Below are positions 14,029 to 23,704 of a DNA stretch of 51,471 bases, piece by piece; positions within the stretch are counted from its first letter, which is position 1, and each line of letters begins with the position of its first letter. Made by a program: the position numbers and the translations under genes. The DNA lies in IMG/VR virus record IMGVR_UViG_3300037047_000144, positions 1 through 51,471 of that record; one strand, 5' to 3'. The notes under the pieces are model-generated. The model made no database searches, was not told where the DNA came from, and worked only from the letters and a program-made list of their open reading frames with translations. This DNA is from a virus. Taxonomy: Duplodnaviria; Caudoviricetes.

Positions 14029-16082
14029 AGCGCGCCGCCACAGCCCCGGTCCCGTCGGCGATCGCCGCGATGGGGGAGCGCATCGAGCGGGACGGCCGCG
14101 CGCCGGTGAGCGTGCCGGACGTGCCGAGCTTCCGCGAGTTCCTCCTGAATCACGCGCGGGTCCGGACGGAGCGGGGCGACTACGCCGCGTTCACGTTCGA
14201 GGGCCGGCCGGTGATCGAGTTCCTGGTGGGCACGATCGACCGGATCCTGGGCTCGAACGGCGGGAAGCCGCTGACGGATGCCGTGCTGACGGCGGCGGGC
14301 GGCGCGCAGTGGGGCAAGACGACGCTGGCGGAGAACCTCTTCGCCTACCTGCTGATCCGGTTCCGGAACGTCGGCTATTACCTGCCGGACGATGACCTCG
14401 TGAAGGGCGTGGTCGATTCGAAGTTCCGGCCGGACGTGGTGGACCAGATCCCGTGGTTCGCGAACCTGCTCTCGATCGGCAAGGCGGTGAACGAGTCGGG
14501 CCGGCAGGTGAGCCGGAAGGGCGCGATCATGGTGACGGATGGCCGGCGCAGCGCGCAGGGCTACTTCCGGGGCTGCGGCAAGATCCCGACGACGTTTTCG
14601 ATGGATGCGATCGTGGTGGACGAGCGCGACGACATCCCGGAGCACAAGGCTCGGTTCTTGGCCGGCCGCATGACGGCGAGCGACCTGCGGTTCCGCTTCA
14701 TCATCGGCACACAGCGCTATCACGGCGCGGGCGCGAACAAGGAGTGGGACGAGGGCACGCAGCACATCGGCATGATCTCCTGCGGCTGCGGCCGTGAGTG
14801 GAACGCGGAGGACAACTGGCCGGGCATCTGCCGCATGGCGATGGATGGCACGCCGACGCCGACGGACCCGGTGCTGACGCTGGAGGGCGAGTTCCGCCGC
14901 GCCGGGGAGGCGCAGGGAACGGGCTACGATCCGGAGGCGCGGTACTACCTGGCGTGCCCGCACTGCGGGGCGGAGCTGGACCGCGCCTCGGTGCGGTTCG
15001 TGGCGCAGCGGCCGGACCGGGAGAAGTCGCGGCGGTTCTCTGTGCGCGTGTCGCAGATGGGCACGCCGGCGATCGATCTCGGGCAGATCGTCGCCGATTG
15101 GTGCCTGAACGCCGTCCGGGATCCGGATTCGATGATCGCCTTCTGCTGCGACCGCCTGGCGAAGCCGAAGAGCGCATCGCAGGCGCTGACGCCGGCCATT
15201 CTGGATCGTTCGCGCGGCGACAAGGCGGAGCCGATGACGCTCGCCCCGCGCGGATTCGCACGGTTCGCCGGGATGGACACGGGCGACCGCTGCTGGTTTG
15301 CGGCACGCGAGGTCGAGGCACCGCTTTTTAAGCGCCTCTGCTGGTTGGAACAGATCAGCCCGGCTTCGGCCAGGACCCGCGTGCCGCTGCTTTTCAACAC
15401 GCTGGGCCTCTCGTGCCTCTTCATCGACATCGGCAACGAGCGCGAGCTTGCGCGCGACCTGGTGCTGACGCTGAACGGCATCCGGGAGCAGCCGCAGATC
15501 TCCGTCGACCGGGAGCGCGAGCGGATCGTGTTCGCGGGCGGGCTGACTTGGCACGGCGACCGGAAGCAGTGGATGGGGCTGCGCGCGGCGGCCGTCGAGT
15601 TCAGCCTAAAGCCCGGGGCCGGCCTGCGCCATGAGATCCGCCGGACGCAGGAGGGGCTGATCTATCCCGTCATCCAGGCGAACCGCGACGAGACGATCCA
15701 GAGGGTCATCGATGAGCTGCTGACGGCGGAAGAGGGCCTCGTGCACGTCGTCGACGGGCGCCTGCGGACGGCCCCGATCCTGCGGCTTCCCCTGCGCGGC
15801 GTGGGCTGCCCGCCCATCGTGACGGCGCTGGATGAACACCTCCTGGCCGGCAGCCGGCGCGTGCGGACCGACGCGGGGACGACCGGCTCCTTCATCGACA
15901 AGGTCGAGAACCACCTTCTCCTGGCGACGGCCTATTCGGCGCTGGCGGAGACCGTCGGCGGGTTGCCGGCAACGACGCATCCGTTCGCCTGGGAGGTCGT
16001 CGACCGCGCGGCGTACCGGGCCGATGACATCGAGGGGCAGCCGGTCGTGCCGCGCCGGCGCATGACTGCGGGGGCGATGTAA
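14025..16082 (+). CDS. Large terminase, GpA-family
   Basis: GGAQWGKT Walker A, YYLP, IVVDERD Walker B, CGCG/CPHCG Zn sites, AGMDTG nuclease motif; precedes the portal. Confidence 0.85.
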   Translation: MKRAATAPVPSAIAAMGERIERDGRAPVSVPDVPSFREFLLNHARVRTERGDYAAFTFEGRPVIEFLVGTIDRILGSNGGKPLTDAVLTAAGGAQWGKTTLAENLFAYLLIRFRNVGYYLPDDDLVKGVVDSKFRPDVVDQIPWFANLLSIGKAVNESGRQVSRKGAIMVTDGRRSAQGYFRGCGKIPTTFSMDAIVVDERDDIPEHKARFLAGRMTASDLRFRFIIGTQRYHGAGANKEWDEGTQHIGMISCGCGREWNAEDNWPGICRMAMDGTPTPTDPVLTLEGEFRRAGEAQGTGYDPEARYYLACPHCGAELDRASVRFVAQRPDREKSRRFSVRVSQMGTPAIDLGQIVADWCLNAVRDPDSMIAFCCDRLAKPKSASQALTPAILDRSRGDKAEPMTLAPRGFARFAGMDTGDRCWFAAREVEAPLFKRLCWLEQISPASARTRVPLLFNTLGLSCLFIDIGNERELARDLVLTLNGIREQPQISVDRERERIVFAGGLTWHGDRKQWMGLRAAAVEFSLKPGAGLRHEIRRTQEGLIYPVIQANRDETIQRVIDELLTAEEGLVHVVDGRLRTAPILRLPLRGVGCPPIVTALDEHLLAGSRRVRTDAGTTGSFIDKVENHLLLATAYSALAETVGGLPATTHPFAWEVVDRAAYRADDIEGQPVVPRRRMTAGAM

Positions 16083-16087
16083 TTCCC

Positions 16088-17689
16088 ATGGCAAAGCGAC
16101 CCACCAGCAAGGAACCGAAGGTCACGGCCGCACGCGTGACGATCGACCGCCGCAGCCGGTTCAACCCGATGCGGGGCCTGACGCCGGACGTGCTGAGCCG
16201 CCAGATCGAGGACTTCGACGCGGGCTACCTGCGCAGCCTGGCGCTGACCATGCGCGCTTTCGAGCAGCGCGATTACACGCTTTCCGCCGTCGTGCCGAAG
16301 CGCTTGAAGGCGCCGGGCCGGAACGAGTACGCCATCCTCACGGTCGACGATTCCCCCGCGGCGAAGCGGCACAAGCAGGTGCTGGAGGGCTTCTACAACA
16401 ACCTCCGCGCGACCAATTCCGTCGACGAAACGGAGCGCGGGGGAACCCGCCTGCTGATCCGGCAGATGATGCATTGCATCATGCCGGGCTACAGCACCCA
16501 CGAGATCGTGTGGAACTTCCACGCGTCGCGCGAGGTGCCCGTCACCGCGGAGTTTCGCCACGTCCCGCTGTGGTTCTTCGAGCACCGCACAAGCCGCCTG
16601 CGCTACCTGGAGAGCGATGCCCAGCTCGACGGCGTCGAGATGGAGCCCGGCGCGTGGCTCACCACGACCGGCAGCGGAGTCGGCATCGCCTGCTGCGTCG
16701 CCGCAATGTTCAAGCGGCTTCCGCTGAACGACTGGCTGATTTACTCCGAACGCCACGGCATGCCCGGCTTCATCGGCAAGACCGGCGCGGCCAAGGGCAG
16801 CACGGAGTGGACCGCGATGGTCGAAGCCGTCGCCGCCATCGCCGCCAACTTCGCCGCGGTGGTCAGCAAGGACGACGACATCGCCAAGCTGGAGACGGCC
16901 GCCGCCGGCACGCTGCCCTATCCGGAGCTGATCGAGCGCATGGACCGCGCCATGGCAGCGCTGCTGCGCGGCGCGGACCTCTCGACGCTCTCGGCGGGCA
17001 CCGGCGAGGGCCAGGGCGCCAGCGTCCAGGGCGAGGAGACGGACCTCCTCGAACAGGACGACTGCGCGCTCATCTCCGAGACGCTCCAGGAGCAGGTGGA
17101 CCGCTTCGTGATCCAGTACGCCCTGGGCGACGACACGCCTCTCGCGTACTTCGAGCTGACGCCCCGGAAGCGGATCAACGTCGAGAACGACGTGCGCATC
17201 GACGAGTTCCTGATCTCGCACGGCGCCCGGCTTTCCATCGCCGATGCAATGCAGCGCTATGGCCGCACGCCCGCGGCCGACGGCGACGAGGCGCTGGCCG
17301 CCGCCGCCGTTCCGGCCGCGTTGCCTGTCTCCCTGCCCAACGAACGCACGGCGGCCGCCGATGCCGACGCCGCCGGGCAGATCCTGGCCGAGGCGCGTAT
17401 GCGCCTTGCCGAGGCCGTGCACGCGGATCTCAAGCCCGTTGCCGAGCGCCTGCAGGAGCTGCTCGCCCAGGTCGACGGCATGGACCAGGCCGCGTTTGAC
17501 GCCGCCGTGCGGAAGCTGCTGGATGCCGAGATGCCCGAGCTGCTCGGAAAGGTCAACGCGACGCCGGAGCTGCAGCTTGCCCTGGAGAAGGCCCTGACCG
17601 ACGCCTGGGCGAAGGGCTTCGAGGGAGCGGCGGCAGAGACCCGAGGTCCGAAGTCCGAGGGCCGAGGTCCGACGGAGGGAGCGTCATGA
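16088..17689 (+). CDS. Portal protein (DUF935 / Mu gp29 family)
   Basis: RGLTPDVL, GYSTHEIVW, DWLIYSERHGMPGFIGK, LISETLQEQV. Confidence 0.9.
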   Translation: MAKRPTSKEPKVTAARVTIDRRSRFNPMRGLTPDVLSRQIEDFDAGYLRSLALTMRAFEQRDYTLSAVVPKRLKAPGRNEYAILTVDDSPAAKRHKQVLEGFYNNLRATNSVDETERGGTRLLIRQMMHCIMPGYSTHEIVWNFHASREVPVTAEFRHVPLWFFEHRTSRLRYLESDAQLDGVEMEPGAWLTTTGSGVGIACCVAAMFKRLPLNDWLIYSERHGMPGFIGKTGAAKGSTEWTAMVEAVAAIAANFAAVVSKDDDIAKLETAAAGTLPYPELIERMDRAMAALLRGADLSTLSAGTGEGQGASVQGEETDLLEQDDCALISETLQEQVDRFVIQYALGDDTPLAYFELTPRKRINVENDVRIDEFLISHGARLSIADAMQRYGRTPAADGDEALAAAAVPAALPVSLPNERTAAADADAAGQILAEARMRLAEAVHADLKPVAERLQELLAQVDGMDQAAFDAAVRKLLDAEMPELLGKVNATPELQLALEKALTDAWAKGFEGAAAETRGPKSEGRGPTEGAS

Positions 17690-18846
17690 CGCCGACCTTC
17701 GCCCCGTATACGCCCCGTGGCGCCCCGATCTCCGGGGAGTCGCCGTCCGCACCCGTCCAAATCGGCTATACGCCCGAACCTGCCCCGATCTCTAAAAACG
17801 GCCATGGGGATGCGGAAATTCGGGTTGAGGGCGTTTGCAATGGGGTTCCGGCGATTTGCAAAAGGGTTCCGCCGGATGCGTCGGGGAAGAATGCCAGTCC
17901 GCGGCGGCTGTTCGTCCTTTCGGGCGGCGGCATGACCGGAATCGACGTCCATGCCGGCTTCTGGCAGGCGCTGGAGGAGGACGGCATCCAGCCGGCGGGG
18001 ATCTCGGGGACCTCGGCGGGTTCCATGGTCGCGGCCGTGCAGGCGTGTGGCGACTGGAGCCCGACGGACTTCGCGGCCTACATCGGCCAACTGAGCGATG
18101 GCGACATCCGGAGCGAGCGCGCGTTCTGGAAGCTGCGCGCACCGTGGATCGACTACTACCTCGACTCCCGACCGATCCGCCGCCAGGTGGAGCACCTGCT
18201 CGGCAGGTTCGAGCCGGAGATCCCGCTGCACATCTGGGCGACGCGGCAGGACGGCATGCTGTGCGACGTGGCTCCGCTCGCGCCGCTGGCGGATGCCGTG
18301 ATGGCCTCGATGGCGATCTGCGGCGTGTTCCCGCCGGTCGAGATCTGCGGCGACGAATACTTCGACGGCGGCGTTCGGGCGAACCTGCCGCTGCCGCCGG
18401 GGCTGGCGGCCTATGACGAGGTGTGGCTGCTGATCGCGACGGCCGCGCCGCGCGGCTACCGGCGGACCTCCGGCATGATCACGCGGCTCCTGCAGAACGT
18501 GACCTGGCTCATGCAGGACCAGATCGAGGACACGATCCACCTCGCGCAGGCGAGCCACCCGCGCGTGCACATCCTCTGGCCCGCCTTCGAGGCGCCGCGC
18601 GGCTCGTTCCGCTTCGATCACTCCCTGATCGACAAGACGCGCGCCTGGACACGGCAGTGGATCGCCCAGCACGACGCCGAGATCCTGGCGGACATCATCG
18701 CTCCGGCCGCGTGCGCCGCCTGCGGGCGCGACATCGATCCGAACGAGTTCGCGGGCCGTGACGCGGCCGGGCGGCCGCTCTGCACGGCGTGCGAGGAGAA
18801 GCAGGCAGAGGCCGCAAAGGCCGGAACCGAAGGAGACCACCGATGA
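17686..18846 (+). CDS. Patatin-like phospholipase with C-terminal Zn ribbon
   Basis: VLSGGG, GTSAG nucleophile elbow, FPP...DGG; CAAC...CTAC at the C-terminus. Confidence 0.9.
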   Translation: MTPTFAPYTPRGAPISGESPSAPVQIGYTPEPAPISKNGHGDAEIRVEGVCNGVPAICKRVPPDASGKNASPRRLFVLSGGGMTGIDVHAGFWQALEEDGIQPAGISGTSAGSMVAAVQACGDWSPTDFAAYIGQLSDGDIRSERAFWKLRAPWIDYYLDSRPIRRQVEHLLGRFEPEIPLHIWATRQDGMLCDVAPLAPLADAVMASMAICGVFPPVEICGDEYFDGGVRANLPLPPGLAAYDEVWLLIATAAPRGYRRTSGMITRLLQNVTWLMQDQIEDTIHLAQASHPRVHILWPAFEAPRGSFRFDHSLIDKTRAWTRQWIAQHDAEILADIIAPAACAACGRDIDPNEFAGRDAAGRPLCTACEEKQAEAAKAGTEGDHR

Positions 18847-19571
18847 ACGTGAACCGGAAGCTCAAGATCATGGTCGCCCTGGGGGCGGTGTGGGTGGCTG
18901 TTTGCGCGGTCGTCGCGGGGGCGGCGGATGCGAACACCGAACACCGAACACCGAACATCCAACATCGAACCGCGGCGGATCTGACGGTGCGGCCAACAGT
19001 GGCGGTGCGCGGCGGGGGCTGGGAGGCAGGCGTCAGCTTCGGTTGGGCGTGGGGACCGGGCGGCCACGGAAAACGGAATACGGAAGACGGAACCCGCGAT
19101 GCGGCGGGGCGGACGGCCTATGTCGAGCGCGCTGTGCCGCTGTGGCGGGCTTCCCCTGGGGAACTGGTGGCGGCGGCCGGGAGCGGCGTCGCGGACATCA
19201 ATGCGGTCGTGCAGGCGCGGGACGAAGCGCCCCGGATCCCGGTGGAGTGGCCGGCCTGGCGGAGGGGCGTCGCGCATGTGGGGCGGCACCTGGAGTATCG
19301 CAAGACCGAATACGTTGCGGGCGGGGCGGTGGGGCTGGTGGCTACGGCGATCGGGATCGCGATCGACCAGAGCCGGGACGACAGCCCGGCGCCGGCGCCA
19401 ACCGTGCCACTGAACCGGCCGGCGGCGGAAACGACCGTCGCGGGTGACGGGAATAGCGTGCAGAACACCTACCGCATGCCGCCGGGGACCATCGCGCCGG
19501 AAACGGTGACGACCATCCACGGCAACAACAACACCGTGGTCAACAGCTACGTGATCGAGGAGGCGGAATGA
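18843..19571 (+). CDS. Exported/membrane protein of unknown function
   Basis: Signal-like N-terminus and a second TM (VAGGAVGLVATAIGIAI); GAAGGAG RBS. Confidence 0.6.
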   Translation: MNVNRKLKIMVALGAVWVAVCAVVAGAADANTEHRTPNIQHRTAADLTVRPTVAVRGGGWEAGVSFGWAWGPGGHGKRNTEDGTRDAAGRTAYVERAVPLWRASPGELVAAAGSGVADINAVVQARDEAPRIPVEWPAWRRGVAHVGRHLEYRKTEYVAGGAVGLVATAIGIAIDQSRDDSPAPAPTVPLNRPAAETTVAGDGNSVQNTYRMPPGTIAPETVTTIHGNNNTVVNSYVIEEAE

Positions 19572-20191
19572 AGCGCGCGGCCCGACTGCTGCTTTCCGCC
19601 CTGGCGCTCGCCGCGCTGACGGGCTGCCAGTCGTGGACGATCAGCCTGCCGGCGCAGACGGATCCGGAGTGGGCCTATGTCACCGCGCTCTGCGACCAGG
19701 TGACGGATGGGAAGCACTCGTACAAGAACGGCACGTGCCGGATCTGCAAGGCCGTGCAGCCGGCCGCACCGGTGGTCGTGCCGGAGCCGGAAGCGCCGCC
19801 GCCGCCGGATGTGGTGCAGCCGGAGGAGCCGCTGCCGATCGGCACGGACGAGCCGAACCCGGACCGGCCGGGAGATTACGCCGCCGGCAACCTGTGGAAG
19901 TTTGAGAGCGAAAGCGACGGCAACGCGGTGTGGCTGGCATCGCCCAAGTTCACTGGGCACATCGAATCGACCTGGCTGGAGTACCAGGGGACCAAGCTGG
20001 AGAACGGCATCGGCGCGGGCATCTGGAACGGCGGGCGCTGGCACTCGCGGTTTCGCAAGCCGGGCTCAGCCTACCCGGACGGCCTGACCTCAGTCCTGCG
20101 GACCGATTCGGGCGTGCGCTGGTACTACACCTATCCGGATCCGGGCCGCCGCTATGACGGGACCGTCGTCCCGAAGGCGGTGCGGCCGTGA
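19568..20191 (+). CDS. Lipoprotein of unknown function
   Basis: Lipobox ALTG-C, Pro-rich linker, aromatic-rich C-terminal domain. Confidence 0.7.
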   Translation: MKRAARLLLSALALAALTGCQSWTISLPAQTDPEWAYVTALCDQVTDGKHSYKNGTCRICKAVQPAAPVVVPEPEAPPPPDVVQPEEPLPIGTDEPNPDRPGDYAAGNLWKFESESDGNAVWLASPKFTGHIESTWLEYQGTKLENGIGAGIWNGGRWHSRFRKPGSAYPDGLTSVLRTDSGVRWYYTYPDPGRRYDGTVVPKAVRP

Positions 20192-21075
20192 GCCTGCGAC
20201 GGAAGTGGATGAGGACCGCCGTTCTGATCTTCGTTGCGTTGGGAACGATCGGGTTCGTGATCGGCTTCATCGTGGCGGTTTCCGGGTGCGTGTCGATCGT
20301 TGAGACGCCGGCCGTTGCGGAGCCTGGCGAGGCGCCGGACGGCCCGGGGCAGTCAACGCAGCTGTTCCCGCAGATGGACCGGACGGGGACGGTGCGGCGG
20401 GCGGTTGTGGCGGGCCTGACACAGGTGGAGCCGCGCTTCTACAGCGGATGGGACGGCGCCTGCCCGGGCTGCGACGTGGACGCCTCGGTCGTGGCGCTGC
20501 TGTGCCGGGAGCAGGGCCTGCAGGTGGCGGAACTGCATAACCGGGACGTGACCCGTGGCGGGCTGATGGATGCTTGCCGGCAGGCGTGGGCGGGCATGAC
20601 GGCGGGCGATCTGCTGGTGGTCTTCATTTCCGGCCACGGCGGGCAGGACCTGGACACGAACGCGGACGAGGAGGACGGCCAGGACGAGACGCTGTGCCTG
20701 TGGGACGGGCAGCTTTCGGACGATGTCCTGGGCGCACTCTGGCAGGAGATCCCAAAGGGCGTGCGCGTGCTCTTCGTGACGGACACCTGCAACTCGGGCA
20801 CGAACTACAAGCGGCGCTCGATCCGCAAGACGGTTCCACGGAACTACGCGGGGGAGCTGATTCACTTCGGCGGCTGCGCGGACGGACTCTCCTCCTACGG
20901 CTCGGAGCAGGGCGGCACCTGGACGACGGCGCTGATCGATGCCTGGGCGCCGACCAACAGCGTGCTCGGATGGTTCGAGGCGGCGGCCGCGAAGATGCCG
21001 CGCCGGCAGGTGCCGGCCTATGCGGAGCACGGGAGCGTGTCGGCCGCGTTCCGCCACGGGAGGGCGCTGCGATGA
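20188..21075 (+). CDS. Caspase-family (C14, metacaspase-like) protease, predicted lipoprotein
   Basis: FISGHGGQ (His) and TDTCNSGT (Cys) dyad, DEEDGQDETLC, LSDD; N-terminal hydrophobic segment ending VSG-C. Confidence 0.9.
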   Translation: MSLRRKWMRTAVLIFVALGTIGFVIGFIVAVSGCVSIVETPAVAEPGEAPDGPGQSTQLFPQMDRTGTVRRAVVAGLTQVEPRFYSGWDGACPGCDVDASVVALLCREQGLQVAELHNRDVTRGGLMDACRQAWAGMTAGDLLVVFISGHGGQDLDTNADEEDGQDETLCLWDGQLSDDVLGALWQEIPKGVRVLFVTDTCNSGTNYKRRSIRKTVPRNYAGELIHFGGCADGLSSYGSEQGGTWTTALIDAWAPTNSVLGWFEAAAAKMPRRQVPAYAEHGSVSAAFRHGRALR

Positions 21076-21632
21076 AGCACCGAGATCCGAGGTCCGAGGT
21101 CCGATGTCCGAAGCATCCGGCGGTGTTGCAGCGGAGGCTGGCGAGCATCGTGCGGCGGCTGAACCGGCTCGACGCGCGGTTCGAGCGGTGGGCGGCGCGG
21201 ATCATCGGCGCGTGCCTGGTGATCGTGGCGCTGTCTGCCTGCGCGACGGTGAGCAAGATCAAGGACGAGCCCTATCTCGACGTTGTGCGCGGAGTCTCCG
21301 AAAGCCGCGTGAAGGCGTGGATGGCCTTCTGCGAGGCGAAGAGCGGGCTCAAGTGGGAGTACCAGAAGATCGCCGTCCGCGCGGTGAATCGCGACACGGT
21401 CGCCTGGTCGCGCCACTTCCAGCGCAACGTGGGGATTCTGGCCGACGGCAACGTCGCCGAGTTCCGGGGCGGGCGCGACACGGCCTCGATCGTCCTGGCG
21501 ATCCATCCGGATGGCTTCCTGCCCGACGAGCACGGCATTCACGAGATGGCCCACGCGCTGGCCGCCAACCGGACCGGATCGATGACGCTGCCGGCGGCGT
21601 GGAAGAGCTGGGTTTTGGGCTGGCACCCGTGA
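21072..21632 (+). CDS. Lipoprotein with zincin HExxH motif (putative metallopeptidase)
   Basis: Hydrophobic segment ending LSA-C; IHEMAHAL. Confidence 0.65.
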   Translation: MKHRDPRSEVRCPKHPAVLQRRLASIVRRLNRLDARFERWAARIIGACLVIVALSACATVSKIKDEPYLDVVRGVSESRVKAWMAFCEAKSGLKWEYQKIAVRAVNRDTVAWSRHFQRNVGILADGNVAEFRGGRDTASIVLAIHPDGFLPDEHGIHEMAHALAANRTGSMTLPAAWKSWVLGWHP

Positions 21633-21642
21633 CGGGGACCGC

Positions 21643-21840
21643 ATGCATGACGACGCAATCGCATCTTTGGAGCTTGAAGTGACGCTGCTCGTACAGGCGA
21701 TGACGTGCGCGCCGCTGGTCGGGCAGACCGACACGGTGCCGGAGATCCGCGCGCGGGTCGTGAGCCTGAAGCGCAGCATCGCGGCGCTCCGGATGCTGGG
21801 CCACCAGGCGCCGACGGACCGAATCGAAAGGGAACCATGA
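21643..21840 (+). CDS. Hypothetical small helical protein
   Basis: 65 aa, fills the gap and is ATGA-coupled to the protease. Confidence 0.4.
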   Translation: MHDDAIASLELEVTLLVQAMTCAPLVGQTDTVPEIRARVVSLKRSIAALRMLGHQAPTDRIEREP

Positions 21841-23075
21841 AGAAGCTTCTGAAGATGCTGGGGCTCGCCAACGAGGTCGCGAAGGCGGGGGCCGACGCCG
21901 ACGTGCAGTGGTGGCGCGTGCCGTTCGGCGAGTGGCCGAACGGGGAGCACGCCCAGGTCGTGGACCACGAGGGCGCCGTGGAGATGGCCAACGAGCTGGC
22001 GAAGCTGGTGCGGAGCACCGGCAAGGGCGTGCCGATCTACATCGGGCACCCGGACTTTCCGAAGCTGGCGGTGAACTTCCCGGACAAGGGCGCGAAGGGC
22101 TGGATCGGCGAGATCCGGGTCGAGGACGACGCGCTCCTCCTGGGCGCGAGCCTGATCAACACCTTCCGGCCGCTGATCGACAACGAGGAGTTCGCGTTCC
22201 ACTCGCCGCACTTCGGCGGCCGGCTGATCCGGACGACGCCGACGGGGAAGAAGATCTACCGCGCCGTCCGCCTGAGGAGCACGGGGCTCACGAACAATCC
22301 GAACATGCTGGAGTGCCGGCTGCCGAACGAGGCGGAGGCGGACGACGAAGACGACACGCAACCCGAGGAAGGAAAGGACAACGCAATGCTGAAACGACTC
22401 ATGGCCCTCTTTGCCTGGCCGGACACGGTCACCGAAGACGAGGCGATCACGAAGATCGGGGACATCATCACGGCCGCCAAGAAGGTCCGCAAGGCCATCG
22501 AGGACCGCTGGGCGTCCGAGAGCGCCATCCAGGCCGCGCTGCCGTCGCTCGCGAACGAAGCGACGGACGACGACGCACTGGGCAGGCTGCTGGCAGTCTG
22601 GGACGCCGGGCGCACGGCCGCGCAGTCCGCGACGGTGGCGCTGGCCAACGAGAAGGCCGCGGAGGCCGGAAAGATCGTCGACCTGACGGCGGCCATCGAG
22701 GCGGCTTCGGCCAAGGCGACGGCGGCGGAAACGGCGCTGGCGAACGAGCGCACGGTGCGGATCGACCTGGTCGTGGCGGATGCGATCCGCGCGAAGCGGA
22801 TCACGCCGGCGCAGGCGGATGCCTGGAAGGCGCGCCTGGCGAAGCCCGAGACCTTCGACGCGGAGCTGGTGGCGCTCTCGAACGAGAGGAGCGGCGTCAA
22901 CACCGATGCGCGCACGCGCGACATGGCCGGCCGGGTCGGGAAGACGGTCGAGCGGCAGCAGCAGATCCTGAGCCTGGTGAACGAGTGCCAGGAGAAGGAG
23001 CACGTCGACTACGAGACCGCCTGGCAGCGCGTCAAGAAGACGCATCCGGATCTGTTCAAGGGAACGGAGGGCTGA
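21837..23075 (+). CDS. Mu-type prohead protease (I) with in-frame internal scaffold (Z) start at 22386
   Basis: VPFGEWP, IYIGHPD, AKGWI, SPHF, STGLTNNPN; acidic linker, then GAAAGGA-N7-ATG MLKRLMALF and an Ala-rich coiled coil. Confidence 0.88.
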   Translation: MKKLLKMLGLANEVAKAGADADVQWWRVPFGEWPNGEHAQVVDHEGAVEMANELAKLVRSTGKGVPIYIGHPDFPKLAVNFPDKGAKGWIGEIRVEDDALLLGASLINTFRPLIDNEEFAFHSPHFGGRLIRTTPTGKKIYRAVRLRSTGLTNNPNMLECRLPNEAEADDEDDTQPEEGKDNAMLKRLMALFAWPDTVTEDEAITKIGDIITAAKKVRKAIEDRWASESAIQAALPSLANEATDDDALGRLLAVWDAGRTAAQSATVALANEKAAEAGKIVDLTAAIEAASAKATAAETALANERTVRIDLVVADAIRAKRITPAQADAWKARLAKPETFDAELVALSNERSGVNTDARTRDMAGRVGKTVERQQQILSLVNECQEKEHVDYETAWQRVKKTHPDLFKGTEG

Positions 23076-23156
23076 TCGCTGCGCCGGCGGGCGCCGGCGA
23101 TTGGCAGGCCCATCAACCAAGACGCCCCTCGCGGGGGGCACGGGAGAAGAGGAACG

Positions 23157-23627
23157 ATGAAGAAGCTGATGCAGATCCTGCGGAGGATGTTCTCCGCGCC
23201 GCCCGCCCTCGTGGCGTTGGCGAACGTGGCCGAAGGCACGCACGAGGACGGCAAGACCTACCTGGCCGATGCCGCGCAGACGAGCCGCTACCTGCTGGTG
23301 AAGCAGGGAACCGACGCGACGCATGTCGCCGCCTGCGGCGCGAGCGACGACCCCCTGGGCATCGCCGAGGACGAGGCGGCGGCCGCGGAGGACCCGATGT
23401 GCGTCCAGCCGCTCGGGTCGACGAAGCGCACGCAGAAGATGGTGGGCGCGGAAGCGATTGCGGTGGGCGCCCGCGTGTTCACGGCGGCGAGCGGCAAGGT
23501 CCAGGACCTGCCGACGGCGCAGGCGACCTACTACCTCGTCGGCCGGGCGCTGACGGCGTGCGGCGGCGACGGGCAGGAGTTCGAGGTCGACGCCTGCTTC
23601 CCCGTGGCGACCGTGGTATCGGGCTGA
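23157..23627 (+). CDS. Capsid cement/decoration protein (DUF2190-like)
   Basis: PLGIA, AEAIAVGARVFTAASGKV, VGRALTA...GQEFEV; lies between scaffold and capsid. Confidence 0.8.
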   Translation: MKKLMQILRRMFSAPPALVALANVAEGTHEDGKTYLADAAQTSRYLLVKQGTDATHVAACGASDDPLGIAEDEAAAAEDPMCVQPLGSTKRTQKMVGAEAIAVGARVFTAASGKVQDLPTAQATYYLVGRALTACGGDGQEFEVDACFPVATVVSG

Positions 23628-23704
23628 TCAACCTTGGCGCCCGGCCGGTGTGAATCCGGCCGGGCGCCGCAACCGAAGCGAAGAAAGTACGGAGAAACGA
23701 AACG

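Noticed and set aside
2974-21075. CBASS-like system (nucleotidyltransferase + patatin + caspase)
   Set aside because: The nucleotidyltransferase has PolX motifs and lies 14 kb away on the opposite strand. No cyclase or sensor domain is adjacent, and the caspase looks exported.
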